The notes below the pieces were generated by a model, which searched no databases, was not told where the DNA came from, and saw nothing but the letters and a program-made list of their open reading frames with translations. Made by a program: the position numbers and the translations under genes. From assembly GCA_964016885.1 (NCBI GenBank), contig OZ024748.1, positions 28,334,001 through 28,398,000 of the forward strand: a DNA stretch of 64,000 nt. Direction: 5' to 3'. Shown here one piece after another: positions 1 through 12,600 of the stretch (position 1 is its first letter; every line of letters starts with the position of its first letter). Origin of the DNA: Eledone cirrhosa (lineage: Eukaryota).

Positions 1-289
1 ATAATCAATCAATTTAATGTTTTAAAACTTATCAGAAATGAAATGACATGAACATATTTAATGTGAGTTAATTAATTAGTAAACTTGTTGATAATTGACA
101 AATCAACAGTTGCAACTGATAGATAGTATCAGCAATAGAAAGACCAATGGGAACATTGTTTCCTTGGTCCGGTTTCACAAGTTCCACCCCACTCAATACA
201 CGAATACAGTGTGGGGTCTTGCTGATCGATTTAATCAATCAATCAAATAAGTTTTAATTTCTACTTATGTTGTTTGTTTGTTTTTTAAA

Positions 290-2225
290 TTTCTCTCTCT
301 GTTCTGAGGTCAAATGTTACTGAGGTCGACTTCGCCTTTCATCTTTTCACAGTTGATTAATAATAACCTACCAGTCCAGAAGTAGTAGATTGGCAGGGGA
401 ATGGTTAAAGTATTGGTAAGATAGATGCCTTATGGCATCTGTTTTAGTTCTGCATGTTCTGAAGAGTTCAAATCATCTATCGCTCCTGTCACGCGAAAAG
501 CAGTGACACTTCTACCAGACGTTGCGACTGATAGATTGTATCAGCAATGAAAAGACCAATGGAAACAGTTTCCTTGGCCTGATCTTGAAAATTAACTACT
601 TTTCTTTTTTTTTTTTTTCCATTATTACTAGTACCGGTCAAGAACTGAAGTTGATTTAATCAACTTTGTTCTTCCCCAAAATTTGCTGGCTTTGTGCCTA
701 AATTAGAAATTGTTATTATTAGTTGTTACAGTGTTTTGTTATGTTCTGAGTTCAAATTTCCTCCAACATTGCCTATCATCCTTCTGAAATAGATAAAATA
801 AAGTACCAGTTAAGTACTGGGGTTGATATAATCGACCTTCAACTTCTCTCCAAATTGCTGGCCTTGTGCCAATATCAAAGAGAATCATTAATATTGAGAA
901 TAAGGCAGTAGTTTTTAGTTATATTATTTTACATTCTCAGTTCAATTCCTGCTGAGGTGAGGTTAGTCTTTCATTCGTTTGGAGATCAAAAGAATAAAGA
1001 AGCAGTATAATTCACTCTACCACATTTCTTCTCTTCCCCTCTTCCACTGCTTTATAAATCTGATGCCTTGATTTCTTAGTAGTAAACCACCACCACCATC
1101 ACTTTTGTCATCATCATCATCATCATCATCATTATTATTGGTGGATTGGCAGTATGGGTAGGGCGTCGAACACCATGTTTTGTGGCATATAGTTATGGCC
1201 CTTTACCTTCTGAAATCAAATACTGCTGAGGTTAGCTTTGCCTTTCATCCTTACGGGATCGATAAAATAAAGTACCAGTAATGCACTGAGGTCAATTTAA
1301 TCGACTTACCCTTCACCCAAAAATTGTTGGCCTTGAGCCTAAATCAGAAACCATTATTATTATCATTATGTTTAACAAATTTGCAGTCCTCTGCTTTACC
1401 AACTGATTGCCTTTCAGCCTTCCAGAGATCGATAAAGTACCAATTAAGTATTAGGGTCAATATAATCGACTTTACCTCCTCCCCTTCCCCCAAATTGCTG
1501 GCCTTGTGCCGATGTTTATTATGTTTATATTCTGCATTTAAATCCTGTCAAGATTCACTTTGCCTTTCATCCCTTCTCCCACTTTGCGGCCTTGTGCCTC
1601 TCTAATGAAATCGTTATTGTCCTTGTAATCATTCTTCATCTATCACTCCTTGTCGCAATAAAAGAAAATATCATCATCATTGTCATTATTAGAACCATTG
1701 TAGAAACAGAATCAGTGAAGAGAACTGGGCTAAATGTCTTTCACCATTAATTTCCCACCATGGGACAAAATATATACTTTCACTTAAATTTTCTTTTTCT
1801 CATTCATTTAATTCCAGTGTTACCCCCTCCCCCATCTCCATCCCATGTAACATCCTCTCATCTGTTACCCTTGTGGCAAATAAAAGAAACCATTTTTATT
1901 ATTATGTTAGAAATTATTATTATTTGTTTTGGTTATTTATGTTCTGAATTCAAATTGCGCCGAGATTAACTTTGCCTTTCCAGTGTTTATAAAATAAAGT
2001 ACCTGTAAAAGTATTAGGGTCCATTTAATCATCCTTCTCCCCAAATTGTTGGCCTTGTGCCTAACTTGGAAACCATTATTATTATAAATCCCGCAGAGGT
2101 TAGCTTTGCTTTTCATCCAGGGTTGATAAAATAGAGTACCAGTAATGCACTGAGATCAATTTAATTGACTTTCCCTTCCCCCAAAATTGCTGGCCTTGTG
2201 CCTAAAGTATAAACAGTTATCATCA
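290..2225 (+). mobile_element. Cluster of tandem/nested decayed tRNA-derived SINE copies
   Basis: Repeated 'gagttcaaat...gttaactttgcctttcatcc...gataaaataaagtaccagt...ttgctggccttgtgcc...gaaaccattatt' modules, all on +, separated by (ATT)n/(CAT)n tails. Confidence 0.85.
1140..1362 (+). mobile_element. Near full-length SINE, long subfamily
   Basis: A-box-like 'tggcagtatggg', decayed B box, central core resembling the Meta/MESC SINE domain (from memory), (ATT)n tail. Confidence 0.85.
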
Positions 2226-2237
2226 TCATCATCATCA

Positions 2238-2272
<35 letters not shown>

Positions 2273-3993
2273 CTTCATTGTTTGATGAAGAGAAAGGCAG
2301 CAGCAGTTGTAATTGTAAAATCATTGTTGTAAATGTATTGCATTTGCTTTCTTTCACATTCTTTGCTCTGGTACAATAAAAGCAATACCTTTTTTTTTTT
2401 TTATCTGTTAGAGATATAAAGGCAATATCCATGGCTCTTTTTAAATTAGGGTCTCTGTGTTTGTAGGGAGGAAGTTATCCTCGGACAGATTGGAGACCTG
2501 GCTTGAATGCTTGCAACACTGAACTCTGCAGTGAATGGGGGAGGGGGTGTTGAACTGAATGCCCTTTTAGAAATAGCAGTCAAATCTTGCTCAAATGACA
2601 TGGTGGGCAAATCAGGTGGTGCAGTTGGTAGAAAGTTCTGCTGGATGCTTTTTAGATCCCCTGGATTATTACCTCTAGATCACACACACACACAACTTAC
2701 AGGGCTCACTGGGGACTCATTTAACCCCTTCACTTTAAACTAAACAGTGGCAGCAAAACTTTGCTTTCTAATTAAACAATTGGTAGGTGGTGGTTACAAT
2801 CCCCTCCACATCCCACTAAAACGAAAAACCCTTTAAACCATGACAGTTATTATGAGTCCATGTGTGCCTCCACCATTATCCCCCACCCACAGTCTCTTTC
2901 AGTGGGTGCCTCCATTCTTAGCCACCCATCACCCACTATCAGCTACAGTCACTCTCAGGATGCCAACATCACTTGTAATCATTATTTCCTCTGCAGGGTT
3001 CTTTTCCCCAACACATTTTGTATTTTATTAGAATAATGATATATGGAAGGCCATTGAGGATAGAAATAATAATGTTTGTTATTTTCTAGCAGAAAATAAT
3101 CATAACCACCTAAATACAACAGGCCCTTTGTTGGCACATATTTTCCCTACTAAAGCAGAGATTAGCCTTTTAAGACCCCATGGTAGGTTTCCTAATGGGC
3201 TTTTTATGAGGTGCAATGTTTTACAGTTAGATGCCCTTCTGGGTCAATCCTTTCAGTTGCCTCTTCCAACACACAGGGATACATAACAAGCTGAATAAAG
3301 AAACAGCAAACATCCCTGATAGTAGTTCCAAAATAATGCCACAGTCCAGTGCTTTGAAAACCCAATAAAAATAACGTGGCTCTATTTTCAGATTACTGTT
3401 GAAATTCTCCTAGTGTATGTTGAGAGTCTGATTCCTTGGTTGAAAAGTTGATTTACTTAACAATGTAGATTAAGATACTCATTATAAAAAAGCAAACGAG
3501 ATGGGGTGACACATACATGCCCTCTTCCATTTTTTAAAAAGTATATCTCCGTAATGTCTGGTCATTTGTGTCTTGCTAGGAAAGATAAAAGTGGTTGCAG
3601 TTTTAATAATAATTATTTTTATTGTAATTTACTTTAATAAGGAAGATGTTGACAATAATAATAATAATAATAATAATGATTCAAATAATAGTAATATAAA
3701 AATTGAGGCCTTTGATCTCAGGTTAAATATGGGTAGGGGGTTTCATTGTTAAAAATATAAAATAACAAACAACAGCTTCCAGATAACATTTGAAGTCAAT
3801 TTTTTTTTTGGTGGGGGGGGGTGTTGGAAGTGTTTTTGTTCTTTATAAATGCTTCAATTTATTATTCACTTTTTAAAATATTATTACTATTCTACAATAA
3901 TTGATAATGATAATAATGTTTCCTTTTACACTTGACTATGATGATCCCGTCTCCTCATCCAACAGCACCACAACATATCTAACTATTATTATA

Positions 3994-4291
3994 TACAGGT
4001 TGACTCAGAAATCATGTTGGTATTTGAAAAATTACTTTACATTTTTTCAGTTAATCAGAAGATAAACTGCATCCTCAAGACACTCTTGGAAATCATAAAA
4101 CAACTGATTGCATCACATTAAAAAATCGACATTTTTACTTTAATGCAGCAAATTTTCAAATGATCTGTCCACTAGTAAAGATACTATAAACATTTGAATT
4201 AACCGATCCTGTTTTTAGATATTTTCTGCTAAATCATTACAGGATGTTTAAGAGTTAAATGGTAGGTGTGGCTTTTTGGGGCCACCTATTA
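3994..4291. mobile_element. Possible decayed Tc1/mariner-type MITE
   Basis: Left end 'tacaggttgactcagaaa' and right end 'tttttggggccacctatta' are imperfectly inverted and resemble TA-CAGGGTG termini. Confidence 0.3.
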
Positions 4292-7154
4292 TCTATCTTC
4301 TATAACTAAATATGTATTTTAGTATATCTGATTTATCTATACCCACCTCCCACTCTATTCTGAGCATTTCTATTTGGAAAATGATTATTATTATTATTTT
4401 TTTTTTTTGTGGGTTGGGGTTGGTTTGGTATTTACCATTCCACTTCTTTTCTGTGATCTAAAGGGTTTATATAAATATATGTGTGTGTGTGTGTGTGGTT
4501 GTACATTCTCATGTTGCTATTTTGGAACTCTTGTAGAATGAAATAAAAAGAATGGGTGGGGGTGAGAGGAGAATTAAGGGTTTACTTTGTACTAAATGCT
4601 ACCTAATTGTATTGTCACACCTGTTGGAAATTTTTTCTTTGATTGAGTTCACCTTTACAATTGACTCACATCCTCAATACATTCACACTTACATAACTCT
4701 GCAATTTAACTTTCATTCCCACTGCCCTGATTCCATTCATAACCATTTAGTTTTATGACTAACTCTTCAAAGAAAAAGAAATGAACATCATTCTTCCTAA
4801 CACACACACACACACACACACACCAATTTGTCTTATGATTGATTGATAGTTCTGTTTTCAATAATGAACAGCCTTGTTGAAATAAATCAGTTACCTACTA
4901 ACGAGCAAGTGATTGAGTATTCCACTTGCACATGTACCAAACAGTGGATCTTTCTCTCTCTTTCTCATGCTCTGTTGCTTTGGAAAGACAATTGATAATG
5001 GAATTAGATAGGGGGGGGGGGGTCAAGTTGAAACCGCTATGCTTCCCTCAATCCCTCACATTGCATTTTGATTGAAAAGCTGGCCTTCTCAGTTTCTTCT
5101 GTCAACCTCTCTACCTTTGATTCCTTTTAAAACATCACTAGAAACCTTGTTTACATAATTCACTAATTCAAACACTAACAAATTAAAAAAGAAAAAAACT
5201 TTAGGTGGTTGGGCGGAAAGTATCATTATTATTATTATTATTATTACATATGGTTTCACATTTCAAAAACTAAATCTAAAACTTTCAAAAGTAAATATTA
5301 AGAATCTGGTTTTCACTATTTCCAAAAGAAATACCAGTGAAAGGTGACTGTGATAGAACAGCAGACAAACTATGCTGTATGGGACCAATTAGTTAAATAA
5401 TTAATACCCATCCCTACCCACTGTCCTTATCTACCAACCGCTATTCCCACCAACCTTTCACCTTCTTCAATGCTTCCATTAATATTGCTTTTTCTTTCTT
5501 TTTTTAATTGAAATTCAGGAATAAATTGATCAAAAGTAATAATGAATAAATTTAGTAATTTGAGATGCGTGTGTCTCAATGCAAATGAGCATAATAATAG
5601 CTGAAGAAATTGGGTAAAGATGGGAAAAAGTGGACAGAGCTGCCTCTGTGAGGAATTGAACCCCCACCCCCACCCACCACCACTCACCCACCACTCACCC
5701 ACACACATCTCTTAAGTCAACAGCTGTGTGGCATTGTTAAATCCTTATCATGTATGTGTAAAGGCAGAAAAAATTATCAGAATCACTGGTTTAAATGCCT
5801 CAGCATTTGTACTGGCTCACTGGTCTGAGTTCAAATCCTGCCAAGATCAATTTCATCTTTCAGCTGGTCGAGGTCAATAAATGAAGTACCAGTCAAGTAC
5901 TGGAGCCAGACTTCATTCTTCCTCTCTTTCTCTTTCCCACTTCTCTAGAAAAAAAAAATGAATTTTAAATACTGATTTGAAAATTATTTCATTTCAAATT
6001 ATTATTATCTTTTTTTTTTTGTTAAAAAGTTCATTATTTCATTTGTCAGTAGTCCCTTTTTGGGGAGGTTAGAGTGATTCAACCATACTTCCACATCTTT
6101 CTTCATATATGTGTATATATATGATGGCAGTGGTGGTTGTAATGATGCTTCAAAACTATTCAATTTCTGTCATATCTTCTTCCATCTACATAAAGAAACT
6201 GCGCTTTACATTAACATTTGTATGTGTAATATAGATATGTGTGTGTGTGTGATTCTGCAGCTATGTGTATGCATAGGTGTACATGTATGTATGTATGTAT
6301 GTATATAGAAAAGATGATCCATTTTAGGCATTTGTTTTTTAATCTCTAAAGTAACATTTTCAGGGAAACAGTCAAATGAATTACTACTACTGTTACTAAT
6401 AATACTAATGATAATATTTTTTTTTACGATTAATAAAACATGAGACTTGTGCAATAATTTTTCCTACCTCTTTCATTGGGAGCAATTTTCTTTATATTCA
6501 ATTACAATAATAATAATAATTTATTTTATTCAGCATGAGGGCCACAGATGCTGAGGGATTGAAAGATGGTGGTAATAATAATGAGGATGAAAACATTTAA
6601 TCACATTGAAAAGTATGGAAACAAGGTTATTTCTATAGATATTTATTATTTAATGTATGTAAATATATATATAAATGCTTGTATACTTACACCCAAATGT
6701 ATGTATATAGATATACAATACATGAGAGTATGTCTGCATTTGTATGTGCATAGGTATAGCAAAGGATATGTGATGAATGCAATATTTGTGTGTGAGAAAG
6801 CAGCAAGGAAGATAAATAATATACGTCATTTTTTTTTTCTTTAGAATATATATACATATATATCTGTATATATGTGTGTATGTAGATGTATATATATATA
6901 TATATATACATATACACACACATACACACATGTATATATTGTATGTATATATGTGTGTGTGTGTGTGTGTTTTTAAGCCATCAAATCAGTGGGAAAGCCA
7001 TGAAAATAAAAAAATAATGATAATAGAAGATATTTTTTTAACTGAAAATTTGGTTGATACTGCTGGAGAAAGAACTTTGTGTGTGTGTGTGTGTGTGTGT
7101 GTATACACACACACACACACATATATATATATATGTATATACACACACATGTAT

Positions 7155-7189
<35 letters not shown>

Positions 7190-7618
7190 GGCTTCCTCAT
7201 TGCTACAAATTCCTTAAACTGTCTTTGTTCTATGTATGTATACACATATACACACAAACATATATTTATAATTTTGGTTCTGTTTTCTGCCTTCATGTTA
7301 TGCTAGTGTTAATGGATCTTTAAAAAATATGAAATAGGTGAAGAATTGTGCTTTCCTATAATGCATCAGTATGCCCATCTTTTGAGTTACAGTATCAATT
7401 ATGACATTTTCTTCTCAACTATTCTTCCGATATATATAGATATATACATATATATGTATACACACACACACACATATATATACTCACATACATACACACA
7501 TATGTATATGTACATTTATATGTATATCCTCACCATCATTTTACGTTTGCTTTTTCATACCTCTGTATATATCTATATATCTAAATATATATGTGTGTGT
7601 GTGTATGTGTGTGTGTAC

Positions 7619-7675
<57 letters not shown>

Positions 7676-7978
7676 TCCAGATTATTGTTAAAGTTGGTGC
7701 TGCTCCTATATTCCTCTATTTATCTCTTATGAATCTGTGCATTGTTAAAAACTTTCTTTTCTCTATATTTTCTCCTCACCTTTGTTTAGAGGTTACAAAA
7801 TGTTTAATATTATTGTAAGAAATCAATATTCAAAGCCTTCCTCTGTAATCACTTTTTTTCTTTTTCTTCGTTATATGGGTAAAGAAGTTTAATATCTTCC
7901 AATCTTATGAAAACATTTTTTTTTTAAGTTCAAATAATATTTTATATCTCCCCCACCCCTCTCTTTCTTTCTCTGCCT

Positions 7979-8011
<33 letters not shown>

Positions 8012-8612
8012 ATATATATATGTATGTATATATATATATGTATGTATATATTATTATATATCTATGTATGTATATATATATTATATATATATAATTATTA
8101 TTATTAGAATATTATATTTATAATGTTTTCTTTGTCAGAATTTTTTTTTCAAATGAGAAAAACTGATCTGTTACAATGTTGACTAAAGCAAATATTTCGT
8201 AAAATTTATTTTTCAGCTGATTTTTCTCTTTAATTAATTAACGTTTTAAAATTCTTTTCCTCTCTCTACTATCAAAACTCTATCAAAACGTTTACACAAA
8301 TCAATAACAAACACACAAAGTCAACTTCTATATATAAAAAAACAACAACTACATTTAAATGTTATAATTGTTAACCTGTGTGTTAACTGGGCTAAATGAC
8401 AAATTCATACTTTACACATTCACACATACATTGCTATATATGTCATGTATATATTCATTCAAAGCCGATTATCTCCTCTGTCACTACTCAGAGTTTCCAT
8501 AATTTTACTAATGAAAAGGTTAGATATTTTTAAAAAAATTCATTCAATTTCAAAATTAATTGAAAGATATAGGCAGTGTATTTTATTAGAAATATAATAA
8601 TGAAAGGGTTAA

Positions 8613-8721
<109 letters not shown>

Positions 8722-8745
8722 TATGTATATGTGTATATATATATA

Positions 8746-8798
<53 letters not shown>

Positions 8799-9030
8799 AT
8801 ATGTATGTATGGACGTGTTATTGTTTCAATCAGTGTTTTTGCTCTGACTATGTTTTTTTTTTTCCTTTTAGTCTTCCACCCTTAACTAAACAACTACTGT
8901 TTTGAAGTAGCTACCAATTTTTGTTCCTTCATGTTTATTGCTTTATATTTAGAGCAATGTCCAGTTCTTCCATTTCTGCTCTCAGTTGCATTTGAGCTAA
9001 AAACTATAGAATTTCCATTATTTTTTTATG

Positions 9031-9076
<46 letters not shown>

Positions 9077-9098
9077 TTACTACTACTACTACTACTCT

Positions 9099-9144
<46 letters not shown>
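9031..9144. repeat. (ACT)n trinucleotide microsatellite
   Basis: Direct reading; a few interruptions. Confidence 0.95.
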
Positions 9145-9604
9145 GTGTTTCTTTATAAGAAATACTTTTTTTCCTTTTTACATTTAAATGCCTTTTTTTG
9201 TTTGTTTAACATGTGTTATTTGTATGATTATTTTAAATAAATATTTCTATACTACTACTACTAACTACTACTATTATTATTATTATTACTTCTAATGGTA
9301 ATAATAATTTCAATAATAATGGCAATTCTCTTTCAACAGTCACAGGGCAAAAAGTGTAAAATCATTGTTTGTTTTATTTTTCCTTACTATAATGATAGTA
9401 AAAATAATAATAATAATAATAATTTGTATTGGCTGCAAGGGACCATTTCTTTATGTAATACAAATAATATTGACAACAACTCTATGTGATAATTTTGAAG
9501 TCCAGCAAGATATACCAAACAGTTATTTACATACACCCAAATATAGAATTTCATTCCTTTCTTGCTATCATACTTTAATTCTTTCAAGCCCGCCCTCCTC
9601 ACTT

Positions 9605-9654
<50 letters not shown>

Positions 9655-9700
9655 TGAACAATAAAAACAACAGGCAAAGTTTAATTCTTAATCAGCTCAT

Positions 9701-9829
9701 TGATTTACGATCATTTCAGAAGGTTGATTGATCATAATAAATCGATAGTGACTAATTGATAGTAGTTGTGTAACTCCACATTATTAGTCTGGATACTATA
9801 GATCCATTTCACTGTCTTCATCAGAAACA
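9701..9829 (-). ncRNA. Hammerhead ribozyme-like motif with ~100-nt helix II insertion
   Basis: Minus strand: tgttt CTGATGA aga...(9817-9718)...tct GAAAT GATC GTA aatca; palindromic GAUC loop in helix III; weak helix I. Confidence 0.5.
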
Positions 9830-9851
9830 CTCTCTCTCTCTCTTTCCCTCC

Positions 9852-9882
<31 letters not shown>

Positions 9883-9924
9883 ACTCTATATATATATATA
9901 GTAATAATAATAAATCTGAAGACT

Positions 9925-10113
9925 AAAATCTGAAGAGGGCTTGATAAGGATAATATATATATAAAACCGTAGAGCAAATATTTATTAAAATAACAGATTA
10001 AAGTTTAAGCAAAGAATCTTCAGGATCTAACAGGATCTTCTGAGTTTCAGAAGATCCCGTTAAGGGTGAAAGCACTGATCCTTTGCTTAAACTTTAATCT
10101 GATATTTTAATAA
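9925..10113. mobile_element. Miniature head-to-head PLE terminal-repeat inversion (HHR family A)
   Basis: 'ttattaaaataacagattaaagtttaagcaaag' (from 9982) is the reverse complement of 'ctttgcttaaactttaatctgatattttaataa' (to 10113); left arm carries an extra tail. Confidence 0.7.
10043..10093 (+). ncRNA. Type I hammerhead-like motif, CAGAAGA core (family A)
   Basis: agttt/aaact helix I; CAGAAGA; ccc/ggg helix II; GAA; agca/tgct helix III; predicted triplet CUU. Confidence 0.6.
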
Positions 10114-10229
10114 TTAATATATATATATATTCAAACAAATTGAATAATATTATTAATATTCGAGAAACTCAGATTACATTTATTGTATTCAACCATGTAG
10201 AGCGATAAAACTATTTGTTATATATACAC

Positions 10230-10470
10230 ACTTTTCCATGCTTGCATGGTTGGGTTGGATGTGCCTTTTTCAGCACAACCTCCTTCAGCTTGTTGCATAC
10301 TTTTGTCATCTCCTCTGTGTGGATCAGCTCTCCTCGCTTCCACCCAGGTCTTCTATCTGCTGGAGCTTCCCTTCCACTGGGATAATATACATGTCTCATT
10401 GGCCTTATGGGTTTTCAAGCAATGATACAATGTGTTGGTGGAGCTTTTGATCTCTGCCAGGAATTATGAG
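10230..10470 (-). mobile_element. Decayed RTE LINE 3' end fragment
   Basis: Minus-strand 'PVEGK...KTWVEA' resembles the RTE C-terminus; end resembles the RTE 3'UTR at 22560-22600 ('ccatgc.agcatggaa'). Confidence 0.5.
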
Positions 10471-10667
10471 CTGTGTCTTATAATATGTATATGTACTTGG
10501 TGACAACCCTGATATGTCCTCCACAGTGTTACATTATATAAATAGTAGCAAAATATTTTTCACAAAAAATTCTCAACCAATGTTCATAAAATTTGTGGCT
10601 ACAACATGGTTGTACAGTAAAAAGAAAATGGGGAAAAAAAACAACTTTTGATATTCAATATAAATGT

Positions 10668-11250
10668 TCACAGGTGATAGAAGGCAGGAGGCTGAATTAA
10701 GTGCAAGAATTGCAGAAGCTGGTGCAGTAATGTGCTAGCTTCAGAAGGAGGAAGTTGTAAAATCCAAATTCGAAGGTGTAGAAGCCAAACTCATTATCTT
10801 CAATTTGGTTTTCGAGCCAACCCTTACCTATAGTCATGAATCTTGGGTAATGACTGAAAGAATACGATCGCGAATACAAGTGGCTGAAATGGGGTTACTC
10901 CGAAGGGTGTTTGGAGTAATGTTACTTGATAGAATGCATAGCTTGGAGATCAAAGAGTCACTCCAGGTAGAGCTGCTACTTCTCCAAATTGAAAAGTCAC
11001 TTCTCTGATACTATGGGCATGTGGTTAGATTGTCTAAGGAAAGAATGGACAGATTTTGAGTAAAACCAATTGGCAGGAGACCCAAGGGTAGACCCCGAGC
11101 AAGATGGTTGGATAACATCTATGAGCTTGGCTGGTCTCACTTGGGGATTCTGTTGGAGATGGTTGCTTCAGACAGGACTTGCTAGAAGGAGTGTTTAAGG
11201 ACACTGCTCCCACAATCCTTTCAAGAATAAGTGGACAAAGAAGAAGACTT
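10668..11250 (+). mobile_element. 5'-truncated RTE LINE fragment (C-terminal region)
   Basis: ORF 10805-11008 'PTLTYSHESWVMTERIRSRIQVAEMGLLRRV', then 'YGHVVR' and 'GRRPKGRPRARWLDNI' motifs with stops. Confidence 0.85.
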
Positions 11251-12493
11251 GATTTTACTTCATACCAAGTCTTCTGCCTATATAAATATAATAAAGAGTT
11301 ATAAATAATTATGCAATAGCTTTTTTATACTTCTGTCTCTCCTTTTTTTCTAAACATAGCTGCTTTTATTTGTGCCTGTTGCCATTGAGACCTACAGTGT
11401 CCTCAGTTTTCCAACTGCCATTTTCCTCCCCAACATCAGGATGAAGGCATCACTTCCCTGGGGAGCTGGTGTAGCTGAGATGCACTGCCCATCCAATGGT
11501 GTAGAGTTTCAATGCCTCCCAATTTTCTTCCTTTTTCTTTCTCTCATCCTGTTTGTCAATATATTCAACTGGAGCTAATCTTGTCTCTTGATTTCACTTC
11601 TCAATTATGAAACTTCTTCACTGATTTTGCTCAACAACACCGTCATCATCATCATCATCATCATCATTGTACATAGTATTAATATTAGTATTAAGGGTAG
11701 TGGTTGGTGGTTTGGCTGGCAGAATTGGTAGTGTAGTGTAAAAAATCATACGTTGTGGTATTAAATTACATCCCTTAATGTTACTGTAATCCTACTTGTG
11801 TCAACTTTGCTTATCATTCTTCCAGCAGGTGGGTAAAATACAATACTGGTCATGTGCTGGGATCAGTAAAGTTGATATTTTTCTTCCCCCACCCAAAACA
11901 GCTGGCCTTGTGCCAATGTTAGAAATATTTATTATTATTATTAATGTGTTCCAGGTCTTTTCATTCTGAGTTCAAATCCAACTGAGGCTAGCTTTGCCTT
12001 TCATCCTTACAGGGTTGATAAAATAAAGTATTAGTCATGCACTGGGGTCGATTTAATCGACCCCCCCCCCCCCTCCCCCCAATTGCTGGCCTTGTTCCTA
12101 AATCAGAAACCATTATTATTATTATTATCATTATTATTATTATTATTATTGTCAAGGCAGTGAATTGTTAGTGTCAAACAAGATGCTTTGCAGTATTTGT
12201 TCTGGCACTTTACACTCTGTTCACATCCCATTAAGGTTGATAAAATAAAGTACCAGTCAAGTACTGGGTTCAATATAATCAACTTTTCCCTTTTCTCTCA
12301 ACATTTTTTTCTTTGTGCCTATGTTAGAAATTATTATTATTATTATTATTGTTGTTGTTGCTGTTGCTGCTGCAGCAGGTGTATGCAGTTGTAGCTAATG
12401 TTTGGTCTATGGAACTTTCAAGTTGCTTTCAATCTCCCATTGGAACAAGTTGTATTAAAACTACCATTCTGTTTCTCTCTGAATTATAAAATA

Positions 12494-12600
12494 TTTATGC
12501 TTAATCAAGAAATAATAATTGTTTCTACTTTAGGCACAAGGCCAGCAATTACCCAGTGCATTACTGGTACTTTATTTTATGCTTAATCAAGAAATAATAA
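12494..12600 (-). mobile_element. 5'-truncated SINE with 25-bp target-site duplication
   Basis: 'tttatgcttaatcaagaaataataa' at 12494-12518 and 12576-12600 flanks the reverse-complement SINE 3' end. Confidence 0.9.

Noticed and set aside
108-585. ~60-bp duplicated segment (108-172, 521-582; similar at ~43468)
   Set aside because: Looks like fragments of a dispersed repeat; no termini or structure to classify.
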